NCBI GenBank assembly: GCA_965227295.1
Contig: OZ245742.1
Span: forward strand, 2,336,001-2,400,000
Source: Leptonemataceae bacterium
GTDB lineage: Bacteria > Spirochaetota > Leptospiria > Leptospirales > Leptonemataceae
Length of the DNA stretch: 64,000 nt
Reading direction: 5' to 3'
The notes under the pieces are model-generated. The model was not told the origin of the DNA. It searched no databases and worked only from the letters and a program-made list of their open reading frames with translations. Shown here piece after piece: positions 9,878 to 22,600 of the stretch; positions within the stretch are counted from its first letter, which is position 1; the number at the start of each line of letters is the position of its first letter. A program made the position numbers and the translations under genes.

Positions 9878-10318
9878 ATGCGCGCGCCGAACAGCCCCCG
9901 AAAAATTTCGCAGCGTGAATTCCTGTACGCAATGCTCATCGTGATGGCGGCCGGTCGTTGCGTCTCGTACGTGGACGTCGCCCCGGATCGCCCGGGCGGG
10001 GTGAACGCGCCGGTGCGCTGCGCATCCGCGGAAGATCAGCGCGGTTATCTCAAACGTTTGCGTTCTTCCGAACGTCCCGACGAGCGCCTGGACTACGAGT
10101 ACCTGGACGCGGTCCTGGGGCCGGAGGACGTGGTGCTGGATCGTTTCCGGGTGGAGAATCCGCTACCGGACGAACGCGGTCCGTTTGCGGTGTTGTTCGA
10201 TCTGTTTCGATTTGAGCCGGACTATGCGCCGGCGTATCGGGTGTACCTGAGCATGTACGGGGACGATCCGCTCTGCGGGACCGAGGCGCCGCCGGGGTAC
10301 GAGTTGCTGCAAGAGTGA
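9878..10318 (+). CDS. Hypothetical protein, possible lipoprotein
   Basis: Hydrophobic stretch ending AAGRC. Start uncertain (9878 or 9932). Confidence 0.45.
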   Translation: MRAPNSPRKISQREFLYAMLIVMAAGRCVSYVDVAPDRPGGVNAPVRCASAEDQRGYLKRLRSSERPDERLDYEYLDAVLGPEDVVLDRFRVENPLPDERGPFAVLFDLFRFEPDYAPAYRVYLSMYGDDPLCGTEAPPGYELLQE

Positions 10319-10337
10319 AGGGACCACTTAAGTGATC

Positions 10338-11117
10338 TCAGTAGGGATCGTCGCCCCGCTCGCGCAGGTCGCTGTCGTCCGCCCCGGCTCCGGTATCCAG
10401 CTCAATGTCCTGCGGTTCCATGCCCCCGCCGTCGAAGTCTCCGACATCTCCCGGCCCTTCGTCGTAATTGTCGTCGTAACTCTCCGCCGCGCCGTAGCCG
10501 CCGCCGTAATCGTCGTAGAACTCGTCGTCGTTCTCCTGCGCGGCGAGATGCAGGCGGTAGCCGCCGTAGATGAAGCACAGTCCGGCGTTGATCGAAGCGA
10601 AGAGGAACGTCATTTCGTGATACACGCCCCAGGTCGTTAAGTTGATCGCGCCTAAAGCTACGGCCAGCCCGAAGAAGAACGGCGTTTCCGCGGAGGCCAG
10701 GCGCGCCGGAAAACCGTCGGGGCCGCCCTGATCGAGGGCCGTGTCCCGGAGGGACGGCCAGACGACGTGCAGGATCACCAGAAAGAGAATCGATTGAAAG
10801 AAGTAGTTCGGGACCTGGTTCTCCGCGTGGTCGGGGGCGTGGGGCATGACGTTCGGCGAAAGCAGGCCGCCGAAGAGCGTGAGCACCCAGGCGATCAGGA
10901 TGCCCGCGCCGAACATGATGTAGGCCGGGCCGGGGTCCCCGCGCCGGCCGGTGAGGCGCTCCACCTGGCGGAGCAGGATGTCCATGAAGTTCAGCAGTTC
11001 GTCGCGAGTGTAGGTGTCCTTGGAACGCACGAGTCCGCCCCAGTAGTCGAGGACGAGGATCACCCCCGCGAAGATCGCGAAGATCGTGAGCCAGACGATG
11101 ATTTCTATGAATATCAT
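10338..11117 (-). CDS. Hypothetical multi-pass membrane protein with acidic C-terminal tail
   Basis: About 5 TM segments; D/E/G/Y-rich tail. Confidence 0.7.
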   Translation of the reverse strand: MIFIEIIVWLTIFAIFAGVILVLDYWGGLVRSKDTYTRDELLNFMDILLRQVERLTGRRGDPGPAYIMFGAGILIAWVLTLFGGLLSPNVMPHAPDHAENQVPNYFFQSILFLVILHVVWPSLRDTALDQGGPDGFPARLASAETPFFFGLAVALGAINLTTWGVYHEMTFLFASINAGLCFIYGGYRLHLAAQENDDEFYDDYGGGYGAAESYDDNYDEGPGDVGDFDGGGMEPQDIELDTGAGADDSDLRERGDDPY

Positions 11118-11140
11118 GTTAATTTAAGCTGCCGGGAGCC

Positions 11141-11920
11141 TCAGCGATCATTGACCAGCATCTGCACCAGCGGCTGAAAGCGATCGTTGCCTCCCGGTTC
11201 CGGGTAGCGTGTATACGCCTTAACTTTCGATAAAGTTACCTCGGCCAGGGAGCCTTTGTGATCGAGGCTCACCCTGGCGCCGGTTTCGAGTTCGGTCCAG
11301 TTTTCGAATGTAAACTCGAGTCCCTTCAGCGGGAGAATCTGCACCCACATGTTCCAGCGTTGGGGCAGGCCGTTTTCGTCGGTGATGATTAAGTACGCAT
11401 CGCCGGGGGTTACGCCGCCGCTTTCGAAGGTGAGCAGCAGCGCGCGGTCGCCGGCTTTTTTCACGACGGCACCGGGAGCGTTGAAAGTGGCGAAGGGATT
11501 GAGCCAGAAGAAATCGTTCACGTGATACTTGCGCGCCAGTTCGAAGGCCTCGGCGGCTTCGGCTCCGTCCAGCCGGCGTTCACCGTTCTCGCCGCGCTGG
11601 AAGGCGACGTACTTTAAGCTGCGATTGTCGTAGAGGACGCGGGTTTCCCGGCCCCCGGCGCCGAAGATGACCTCGACGAAGTCGCGTTCGAAGTCGCGGA
11701 AGTGCCGGTTGCCGCGCAGGTCGAAGACGAAAGAAACCGCGGCGGTGTTCTGCCAGCGATTCAGGCGGACGGCGCGTTCGATTTTGTCCGCCAGGGCTTC
11801 GGCGTCCGGGCCGGCCTGGGCTTCCGGAATCTCCGGTTCGAGGACTTTCACGGTAACGATGACGATGAGGCCGCCGAAGATGAGGATGGCGAGCAGGGCG
11901 ATGAGGAGTTTGCGAATCAT
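11141..11920 (-). CDS. Hypothetical membrane-anchored protein
   Basis: N-terminal TM helix; NDFFWLNPF and GGVTPGDAY motifs; overlaps the upstream ORF by 4 nt. Confidence 0.7.
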   Translation of the reverse strand: MIRKLLIALLAILIFGGLIVIVTVKVLEPEIPEAQAGPDAEALADKIERAVRLNRWQNTAAVSFVFDLRGNRHFRDFERDFVEVIFGAGGRETRVLYDNRSLKYVAFQRGENGERRLDGAEAAEAFELARKYHVNDFFWLNPFATFNAPGAVVKKAGDRALLLTFESGGVTPGDAYLIITDENGLPQRWNMWVQILPLKGLEFTFENWTELETGARVSLDHKGSLAEVTLSKVKAYTRYPEPGGNDRFQPLVQMLVNDR

Positions 11921-12252
11921 GTGATTGTGGTGAGTCGCCGGAAGTCGCGCCAGATGATGCGCAGCGAGTCCACGGCGTCCTGAATGTTTAACTGAACCGG
12001 ATCGCCCTTATCGTCGCTTTTTTCAATCAAAATCAGGTGCGGGGCAAACATGCGGCCGGATTGTTCCGCTTCTTTTTGGGAAAGCGGACGCGCCTCGTAG
12101 CCGGGCAGGAGATTCACGGCGTTCAGGATCATTTCCCGGGCCTGGTGATCGTCCAGTTCGTCCTCACCGAGGGAGGCGAGTTCTTTGCGCAGCGCGTGGT
12201 AGACGACGAGGGCGAAGGCCCGGCTTTCCTTTTCTTTTTCGGACAGGGCCAC
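11917..12252 (-). CDS. Hypothetical protein
   Basis: 111-aa ORF in operon-like spacing with both neighbours. Confidence 0.6.
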   Translation of the reverse strand: MALSEKEKESRAFALVVYHALRKELASLGEDELDDHQAREMILNAVNLLPGYEARPLSQKEAEQSGRMFAPHLILIEKSDDKGDPVQLNIQDAVDSLRIIWRDFRRLTTIT

Positions 12253-12264
12253 GCGATCTCGTTA

Positions 12265-12903
12265 TCAGCGCACGCAGCGTACGTAGTGTACGGTGTCTTT
12301 GCGCACGGTGTTCTCCGTGTTGAAGTTGTTCTCGGCGACGGCGTAGGCGTAGGCCTCGGAGCCGTCACTTTCGTTGGGATTGCCGGTGCCGGTCCAGAGG
12401 AACTTGTCGTCCGGCGTTTCGGGAAACCAGATCAGCAAATTGGAGCGCGTCTGGATGGTGGTCAGAAGGCCGCTCAGTTCGGTTTGTGACGGGAGGCGCC
12501 AGTCGTCGAATCCGGCGAAGGAGAGCTGGTCGCAGGAATCGAAGGCCGCGCCGGAGGTGGCCGTGGGGGCCACGGTGTTCGCGTCGGTGCAATCGGCGTA
12601 GTTGCCGGTGAGGGCGGCGCAGAAGGTCAGCGAGACCGCTCCGTAGACCGTGCCGCCGCCGGTGCCGGCGCAGTTGTTCAGGCCGCCGTTCCAGACCTGG
12701 CCCTGGACGCACTTCATCCAGGTGAGCCCGGTGTTCTGGGCGATGGTGCCGTTGTTGTTGTCCGTGAGCACACCGCTGATGGTCGCCAGGCTGAGGAGGC
12801 TGAGTTCCTCGTCGCCGTCCTCGCTTTCATCGCAGCCCGCCAGGAGCAGCGCCGCGGCCAGCGCCAGTATCCACAGAATCCGCTCTTTATTAGAAGATTT
12901 CAT
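12265..12903 (-). CDS. DUF1566 (Lcl-like) lipoprotein
   Basis: Lipobox LAGC; DNNNGTI...TGLTWMKC, FDDWRLPSQTEL, terminal YVRCVR. Confidence 0.85.
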   Translation of the reverse strand: MKSSNKERILWILALAAALLLAGCDESEDGDEELSLLSLATISGVLTDNNNGTIAQNTGLTWMKCVQGQVWNGGLNNCAGTGGGTVYGAVSLTFCAALTGNYADCTDANTVAPTATSGAAFDSCDQLSFAGFDDWRLPSQTELSGLLTTIQTRSNLLIWFPETPDDKFLWTGTGNPNESDGSEAYAYAVAENNFNTENTVRKDTVHYVRCVR

Positions 12904-13088
12904 AGTTCCACCGGGGATTTATACTAACATCGTCCATTTGACGAGATTTTCAAGTGAAAGATCGGGGGGCGATTCCTGCGATCGGGACGTTTTTACCGCG
13001 GAGACGCCGGGGGTTTGGAAGAAGCCGGAACGGTTATTCTACTTGCAGCATTCTCGGAAATTCGTCAGGAGGTTAATGTCGACTAATC

Positions 13089-13604
13089 ATGGGGCGATTC
13101 TCTCAAATGTCCGCTGTGTCGCTGTTTGCGGCAGTCCTGGTGTGTGCTCCGTTCGGCGCGCTCTTCGCCGCGGATGAGGCCGTGGACCCGTTTCTGCACG
13201 CCCAGGTGGCCGAGTTCCTGGCCGGGGAAAATCTCCCCGCGGACGACCTCTCGCTCCGCACGGACATCGACACCGAGCTGGACGAGGAGTTCGACGCGGC
13301 CTTCGAACAGTACCGCAAACTCCGCGCGCTCGTGGACCGCGAGGCCGAAGACGAGCAACGCAAAGAATCGTGGGGCTGGCAGTCGGGGTCCGCGCCGTTC
13401 GCGCTCGGTATCTTCGGCGACTCCGTGCCGTTTGCCATGCCGCCGCCTGCATCGCGGGCGCTCTTAGCTGAATCTCACACGTACTTAAGCAACTTCTCTT
13501 TCGCGGACGCGCAGGTTCTCGCCGCGATTCCGCTCCGGCCGGATGTGCCGGATCATCTTCGTAATTATCTGGCGAGGCTCCAGCACGCGGGGCCCGTTCA
13601 CTAA
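13089..13604 (+). CDS. Hypothetical secreted protein directly upstream of the giant gene
   Basis: Signal-peptide-like N-terminus (..GALFA); stop lies 19 nt before the giant gene ATG. Confidence 0.65.
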   Translation: MGRFSQMSAVSLFAAVLVCAPFGALFAADEAVDPFLHAQVAEFLAGENLPADDLSLRTDIDTELDEEFDAAFEQYRKLRALVDREAEDEQRKESWGWQSGSAPFALGIFGDSVPFAMPPPASRALLAESHTYLSNFSFADAQVLAAIPLRPDVPDHLRNYLARLQHAGPVH

Positions 13605-13623
13605 CTTTCTACGAGTAAACTCT

Positions 13624-16600
13624 ATGAATTTCCGTTTCGCATTCCCTCGATCATTCCTGTCCCTGCGGCGGCGCTATCGGCGCTTCGCCCGCAAATCCAG
13701 ACTCCACCGTCGTTCCCTCAGTTCGTTCATGTCACTGCTCTTTCTCGTGCAGTTCGTCCTCGCGCCGACGGGCGTCTTCGCGCAGACGTTCGATCGTCTC
13801 GATGAGGATGTGAACAAGAATCGCATCGGCGATTACGCGAACGCCGTCGAGGGCGCGGATGACGAGGATGATTGGAATGAGTTCGTCGGCAGCGGTGCGG
13901 ATTTGTTGCGCGCGGAGTGGGAGTATCGCGCGGATCTGTTGCTCGAACAGGAAGTGACTGCCGGCGCGGCGCGGGAAGACCTCGAAGCGGAGAAGGCCCT
14001 CGCTCGTGAAGCCTGGGAAGCGGAACTGGACGACGAGATCGATCAGCGGCGCGGTCGGTGGCGGGCACGCACGGCGGCGCAGTCCCTCGACTCGTTGCTC
14101 GATGACATCGATTACGACGAACTGGTCGCCGCGGTGAACGATGCGAACGCGCTCATGTTCACCGACGCGGACGATGCGGCGACTCGCGTGGCGGCGTGGG
14201 ACGCGATCGCGGGGAATCGCGCGGCGCTTGCGAAGGCGGCGTGGGAATCGCAGCTGGACGCGGAGATGGCGGCGCTGCAATCGCAGGGCGTCGCGCTGGG
14301 TGCCGAAGAACAGGCGGCGTTTCTGAGCGAGCTGGAGCGGCAGCGTTCGCTGGCGGAGTCTGTCTATAAATCCGAAGAGAGTGTTTTCGTAACTTCTGCG
14401 CGGCGTAAGTTTGTAACCGAGGCGAATGCCGGCGATGACCTGGCGCGGGCCCTGGCGCAGAGCACGGACCCCGCCGAGATCGCGCGTTTGCTCGTGCAGC
14501 AGACCGAGCTGGAGATGGAACGCCTGGGCGTGTTACCGGGCGATGTGCGGTTTGACGGTGTCGATGCGCAGTTGATTCTGACCGGCGCGGGGGATTATCA
14601 GGACCAGGTCTCGCAGGCGCTCGAGGCCGGGCAGTCGGCGTGGAAGTCGGCGATCGATGAGTTGATTGCGCGCAAGATCGGCTTTGATGAGCAGGTGGCG
14701 GCGTCGCGCCAGGCCGGGGAGAACCAGTGGGCGACGGCGTATACGACGATCTTAGATGCGCGTGAAACGTGGTTAGCGGACGTCGAGGCGCAGATTCAAC
14801 GTGGTCTCGAAGCCTGGGACGCGGCGGAGTCCGGGCTCGCGGAGAACCGGCAGCTCGCCGAAGAAGAACTCGCGCGGCTGATCGAGAGTGATCGGCGGGA
14901 GTTTCAGGAACACAACCGCGGCATCGGCCAGCTGGTGAGCGGGGCCTCGCAGACGCTCGAAACGATCGTCGAAAACCAGCGCTGGTTTCAACACAAGATC
15001 GCCGATCTCCAGGCCGACATCGTGCGTTTGAACGGGGAATCGGAGAGCTTCGCCGACGGCCTGGCCATCGGCGGCACGCCGGAGTGGACGGCCTGGTATA
15101 ACGCGCATCGGACGGATCATACGAACGCGGAGATGCAGGAGCGGCAGAATCGCATCAACGTCTATACCGGAGAACTGAACTACTGGAACAGCCTCGAAGC
15201 GGAGTACCGGCAGATCATTACGGACGCCGAGAGCGTCGTCCACGACCAGGACATGCGCGACGGCGGTAGCGGGCCCGGCTATTTTCACGATGACGGCACC
15301 GAGGGCGACGTGCTGCTCTTAACCGCCACGGAGTTTGAGTTAAAGCTGGCCCGGGCGCGCCTGGCGGTGCTCGAAGAAGAACGCAGTCGCGCGAAAGAGG
15401 TCTATGACTACGCGCTGGCCGCGACGAAGTTGAGCGCCGCGGAGATCGAGACGCAATTGGCGACCGCGAAGGACGCCTATGATCTGGCGGAGACCGAGTA
15501 TTTGACGGAACTCTCGGCGCTGAACGGCGGCGGTTCGCAGAGCCTTACGCGGGTGGGGCTCTCCGATGAAAGCAGTCGCGCGGCGGGGGAGACGACGGAC
15601 CTCGGCCCGACGCTGCTGGACGACGTGAACACGCGGGCGGCGGAACTGGAAACGGAGGCCCTGGAACTGGAGCGGGCGCGCACGGCCCTGGATAACGCGC
15701 GGCAGGCCTACGAACAAACCGTAAAGCTCCAGGTGTTAATTCAAAATCCGCAGATGTTAAGCGACATCGGCCTGTTGTCCACGGACCCGTACGAAGTCAA
15801 CGAGGACGGCGAGAACGAGGGCCTGCGCTACGAGATCTTCAAGGCCGAAAAGGATCTGGCCGAGGCGCGGGAAAAGATGCGCCAGCAGGAGAAGGCCTAC
15901 GTGCGCCTGCTGTACGAACGCGAGACGGCGCTGCGCAGTACGGGCTTTTTTAATCAGACCAACGAACGCATCATCTTACACGAGGAGACGAAGGATCGCC
16001 TGGCGGAGTTGAGCGCGATCATCGGCGGCGGCGATGCGCTCGAGGACAAACTCACGGCGCTCGCCGCGGGCACCACGCTTACGGATCTCTACGGCAACCA
16101 GGCGGCGGACGCGCTCCGGGATCGCATTACGGAACTGGCGGACGCTCTTGCGAACGCGGCCGGGCCGGTAACTTCGGAAACGCAGAACTTAAACACGGGC
16201 CTCGGCGACTTCGGGCCGGCCCACGCCGTGTTGGACGCGAACTTCACGGGGGCGGAGCGCGCAAGACTCACGCAGTACGCGGACCGGGTGGACGGCGTGC
16301 TGGACGCGCTTGCGGACATTAGCGGGCTCGACTGGACCGGTCTGGGTCTGCCGGACATGCGCGCGCTGGCGACTTCGCTCCGGGACCATTCGACGGAACC
16401 GGGCACGCTCGCCGCCGACTACAGCACAGCCTTTAATGATTTGCAAACAGAACTTACGGCGTACCAGGCCTACGCCGCGGCGAACGCGGGGGCCGAAGCG
16501 AGCGCGGACTACCAGGCGCGCACGGCGGCCGTGTTGATTGCGACGGATGAGTATCGCCTGGCGGCGGCACGCTACGAACAGCGTTACCAGCTCGCCCGGA

Positions 16601-19600
16601 GCGCGCAGGCGCAACTGGAGACGTTGCTGGATCGCGCGCTCACGAGCGGGCCGATTCTTACGGATGCAACGTTGACCGGGGACGCGCGGAGTGCGGCCCT
16701 CGCGACGATCACGGCGCAGAAAGACGAACACACGGCCGTGAAGGCGGAAGCGCTCGCGGCGATCGAGTCCGTGGACGCGGGTTTCGAGGCGCTGGTGGAG
16801 GCCTTTACGAATCACGGTGAACGGTTGGGCGAGTATCGCACGGCCCTCGGGGAACGCAATCTGGCCTACCGTGAGGCGGGGGATTTCTTAACCGAACTGC
16901 ACGAGAACTTACGCGGCAGCCTCGCGTCCCAGCGTTCGCAACTGGGTTTTCTGCTGGATGAGAACGCGGACGAGGCGTTGCTCGAATCCATGGACGCGGA
17001 ACACCGGCGGGGCCTCGCGACGGCGGCGGCGGAGACGAACCTGCGGGCGATCGAACTGCTCGAGGGTTATCTCGGCGTGGATCGTGACGTGAATGTGCTG
17101 TTGATTGAAGTGACCGAGGACATCAACCATCGTCTGGCAAACTATGACGCCACGGACGCGGGCCAGCGGCGGGAGCTGACGGCGCTGCGGGCCGTGGAGC
17201 AATACGTGGGGCGGAGCGCCAATCTGCTGGCGAATCTGTCGGAGGACGAGCGCGCGGAGTTGCTCGCGGGCCTGGCGGACGAGCGGGACTTCGCGATCGC
17301 TCTGCGGGATTTCTACGTTTCGGACGGCGTGATGGACGACGCCGAACAACTGGCGATTCGCAGCGGCGGCAACCCGGAAGAACGGCGGTTGCTGTCGGCG
17401 TACTTCAACCCGCCGGCGCAGATGATGTTCGGTGAGGCCGCCTTCGGCGCGACGGCGGCGGAATCGTACTTAACTTCTCAACACCGTAGGTTTGCGGAGC
17501 AGGTGCGCGCGGGGCTGATCCAGAGCGCGATTACGGATCGGTACCACGAGGAGCAGGAAAACAAGATCACCGGCCTGATCCAGGAAATGAAAACGGCCGT
17601 GCCGGCGCTCGCGAGTCTGTCCGCCTCGCAGCTCTACAACGACAGCGAACCGGTGGATCCGAGCGGCCTCGCTCACGATACGGACGCAGAGGACGCGCGC
17701 CGGGCGATTCTCGCCTCGCTTTTGAGTGCGGCGGGCAGCGAAACCGGCGATCGTCTGACGGCGTTGTATGACATTGCGCAGCTGGAAACGATCTACGGGC
17801 CGGCGATTGCCGTGGAAGTGTACACGGACCTCGCCCGGGTGGTGGACGGTTACGGGAGCGCCGGGCAAGAACTGGTGCGCGCGTCCCAGGCGATTGTCGA
17901 CCAGGCCGCGGAGTTCGACGCCGAAGTGGACGCGCTCTTAGATGCGTACGATGCAAAGTTAAGCTACGAAGGGCAACGGGATCGCGTGGCGGCGGCGCTG
18001 GCGCTTTTGGAGTACGAGGACCCGGCGAGCGGTTCGACGGCAGCCGTGGGGCAGGCGGACGTGGACGCGCACGTGGCGAACCTCGACATTCCCGGCGGCG
18101 ATGATCCGGCGGTGGATCATCCCGCGGACTGGACGCCGGTGGACGATACCGACGGGGACTCGCCGGGAGATGCGGGCTGGGATCCGTCGTACGAAACGGA
18201 AGTTTTTGTGCAGCCGTACGCGGGGCTCGACGCGAGCGAACTGGAACAGGATCGCGACGACCTGAATACAGCGCTCGCCGATTGGGACAACAAACGCACG
18301 GAGCTGGATACGGCGATTGCGACGTACCGCGCGGCGAAGGCGACGTTCGACGCGTTCGTGGCGGCGAACCCCGGCAGCGAGGGCACGCCGGCCTACGAGG
18401 CCGAGATTACGACCTATGCCGCAGCCGTGAACGATATGTACTTCGCGTACCGGGAGCATAATAACTTTTTTACGGCTCTCGAGTTCGTGGCGGAACGCAG
18501 TGCGGCTTCCGGGGCGACATTTTTCGCGGCGGCGCAGGCGATCGATGCGAGCGCCGTGGTAACCACGGAAGAGTCGGCGTTCTTAAGTGCGGCGGATGTA
18601 TTGTTAACGGAGCGGGACGACCGGGCGCAGACGGAGTTTGATTTTACGCAGGCCGCGGTGGACGTGGGCACGGCGCGCAACCGTTACACGGAGGCGGAGA
18701 GCGCGCTCGCGACGGAAACGACCGAGGCGGATGATTTTATTGCGGACCTGGGGGACCGGGTGGATGTACGGATCAGCGCGGTGAGCACGGACGCGGTGAG
18801 CGCGAATGAGTTGATCGACGTGCTTGCGGAGCTGCGCCGGTTTTTTACGGAGAAGCAGGCGCGCGGGGAGGAGATCAATCCGACCATCGTGAATTCGCTG
18901 GAAGCGGCCGGCCAGGTGCTGGACGAACTGGCAGCGCTCAAGGATTACCAGGCGCGGGGCGCGAGCGTGAGCGTGGAGGATGCGCGGCAGGAACGGACCG
19001 ACGCTCAGGAAGAGAGCGAGCAGATGCAAAAGTTCGGTGAGGTGCTGTTAGAGCTACAGCAGTTCATTGCGAACACGGAGGCGGCCGGCGCCGGCCTGCA
19101 CGAGCAGGGCGCGAAGATCAAAGAGCTGCTCGCGAAGTACGAGAAGGCTAAAGACGATTACGGCAGCGTGTATACGTTCAGCGCCGAAGTGGAAGACGCG
19201 ATGACGCTCTTGCGCGATCACGCCTGGGCGCAGCACAAACGGCAACTGGTGGACGCGTATCTTGCAAAGCGCGGGCAGCTGAGTGTGGACGAGTTCATGG
19301 AGGACGTGGTGGAGGGCCGCTTCTTTAGCCAGCCGGTGAACCCGAATCAGACGGAAGCGCCGACAGTAACGTTCGGCGGCGGGGTTGCGCCGGAAGCGGA
19401 AGAAATCAGCGGCGATTTCCTGGGCCAGACCCTCGACGCGGCGCAGCTAAGTGAGGTTCGCGCACTGTTAAGCGAGTACGCGGCGCGGGCGCGGATCGAC
19501 GACGCCGGCATTGTGGCGGACATTGACGCGTTGCTGGCGACGGAAGACGCGGCGGTGCGCGCGGCGATCGAAGACGAGGCACTGGTGACGGTCTTTAATA

Positions 19601-22600
19601 ACTTCAACAGCGCGAACGCCGTGGGGGTGGGCAATCATGCGCAGCTTCCGGATGTTTTGAAAAACTACGGCCTCGTGAGCGCGTATGAAAGTTACGCGGT
19701 GTTGCTGCAACTGGATCTGGACGACGCCGACGACCGTACGCTGGCGATGCAACGCTTCCTGGACACGATGACGACGGAGAACCGCGCGGCGGCGGAGCCG
19801 GTCTTAAGTGAATATCTTACGAACTTTGACGCGCGAAACCCTTCGTTTTACCTGCCGGCCGAATTGAAAGCGCGGCACGCGAAAGAGCGCTACTTTGCGA
19901 TGCGCTACACGGACGAGCTGAGCCCGGGGGACGTGACGGCGCTGAACGACTGGCTGGCCGCGGAGAAATACGACGCGGGCGTGAGCGGGGCCGTGGGTGA
20001 AGCGGTGCGCACGGCGTACATTCTGGATAACTACTATGGTGAGAGCGCCGACGATTACTTAGATTCTATTGATGCGGACTTAACGGCGCTCACCGGGACG
20101 GGGGTGAATGCGACGGAACGACAGGCGTTCGTGCTGGGGCTCACCGGATTGTTGAGCGCGGCCGGGGACGCGTACGTGGAGCCGGAGGCGATGATCGCGG
20201 GGGAGGTTGTGTATGACAACTTTACGTTCGCGGACAACACGCAGGCGTTGAAAGAGGCGCTGCGCAACGAACAGATCGCACACACGGTGGAGCTGGCCGC
20301 GGCCGAACGCGCGGCGGTGCGGGCCGGGTACTTTTATGATTATAAGAGCGGGGCGCGGACGATTCGTTCGTTCAAGAGTTATGTGAACATCGGCCTGGGC
20401 GGTCTCGCGGAACCGGACGAGGCGACGCAGATCGCGGGGCAACTGGCGGAGCTGGAACATCAGGCGGAGCACCGCCTGGGAGCGTTCGTGGGTTTGGTGG
20501 AGCAGTACTCGAGCTTCGCGTACAATCCGGACCCGGCGTACGACAACAACCTGAACATCCGCGATACGATCGCCGAGATCAATACGGACTTTGTGCTGCA
20601 AGACGGGCAGTACGCGAAGAACCCGGACGGCAGCTACGTTTTTGAAGGCGGCTTAAATAACACTCAGGTGCGGTTAGACGAGTACGTGAACGCGAACACG
20701 GCGGCGTTTACGGCGGCGGACCGCGACGCCTACGCCCAGGTGCAGAAGTGGGAAGGGCAGGTGGATCAACTGCAGGAGACGATCGTTACCGCCGGCCAGG
20801 AGGCGGTGATCGTGAGCAACGCCCTCGGGACCTACGGCTCGGACGTGGGGGCGATAACGAACGCATTGCAAGGCGCGCGGGAGGAGTTTGAGCAACGCGA
20901 GAGAGACTTCGGCGAGGCGGAAGAGGAGTACGAGAACGCCGAAGACAACCTGCGCGACGCGCGCAACGCGTATCGGGCGCAGCAGGAGCTGGTGCTCACG
21001 AATTACAATGCGCTAAAGTCGGCCGAGGAAGAGTTAGACCGGCTGAGCGGGCTGCATGATCAGGCGGTGCTGGAGGAGTACTCGCAGCAGACGAACGAGC
21101 AGGGCGAGGTGGAGACGATCGGCGATACACTGGAAACGGTGCAGGCGCGTTATGAAGCGGCGGACGAGGCTTATCAGACTCAACTGGAAAAGATCCAGGC
21201 GCTCGAAGAGAAGTTAGACCGGCAGGTGACGAAGGCGGAGCTGGCCGCGGCGGCGGAGGTGCAGACGAATCGCCAGGAGACGGAAGACTGGGCCATGCAC
21301 GCGATGCGGTTCTCGCGCGCCGAATCTATATTAGAAGATAAGATCAACGATCTGCATGTGCAGATCGACAACCTGAAAGGCCAGATGGAGTACGCGGGCC
21401 TGGGGCAACACTTTGATATATCGCGGAGTCGCTTCGTCGGCAAACGCCAGGACCTCGACGGATACCTGGATTACGGGAGCGCGGCCTACATCGACAGCGA
21501 ACGCATGCATCGCGCACGGTACCGACACTTAGAAGGATTTTTGCGCGGGGAGATTGGTCCGTGGGATTTGATTTACAGTTCGCTCGGCGGCATCTACGCG
21601 AAACCGTATCTGGGAGTGACGATCAACTTCACGGAGGCAAGCGGCGGAATATATTACACGGATGTACCGGGCTGGAGCGAGGGCCTGCGCGTAAACAGCG
21701 GCGGACGGTACGATCTCTACGGCTTTGCGCAGGAGTACAACCAGGGCAAGACCGGTACGAATGATATTCTTTTGAATCTTGTAAAGGATCAGTTTCCCAC
21801 CGCCTGGGACGGCGAGGCATGGGCGTATGCTCGCGCAACGACGGACGCGGCGAGTTTCAACAACGGCATGACGGCGTTGTACAACAGCGACGTCGCGGGA
21901 CAGGCGGTGATCTACGCGGCGATGGGCGCGGCGGGCCTGGGATTTCTGTTTCAGTTGTATGCGAAGGATACGGCTTTTAAGGATCAACTGGATCGTGCGA
22001 TGGATCGGCTGTACGGATTGCCGACGACGAACCTGGTGCAACAGGGCAACGAACTGAAGAACCTGTACGCGGAACTGCACCGGCTCACGGACATAGACAG
22101 CGTGGAGAAACTGCGGGACGTGCTGGACGATCCGGAGTACGGCTTAACCGCGGATGATGTGGCGTTAATCCAGGGCAGCGGAACGTTAGATCAACTGATC
22201 TGGAAGGGCGGCAAAGAGGACTTAAGCCTGGATGATGTGGTGGGCGCGAACGGCCTGCCGATTGCGCAGGATAAGGCGATTCATGATGAGTTTGGATTCT
22301 ACGTGCGGGACGGGGAGTTCAGCGCGGGGAACATAACCGCGAATCCGACGGGGACGGACAAGTACGGACGGAGAACCGCACTGATGGTGAGCGCCGATGA
22401 ATTCACGGACGCGCTTGCCGCGATGAGCCAGACACAGTATGAGATCGAACGCGAAGAGTATTTCAGAGCCGCGGAGACAATGACGGAAGACCGCGTTCAG
22501 GCGGACACGGTGACGATCCTGGATGAACGCGAAGAGTTCTATGGCACGTTGATGCAACAGGCCGCCAGCGTGGGCGTGCAGTTCGAGATGTACCGCGCAC

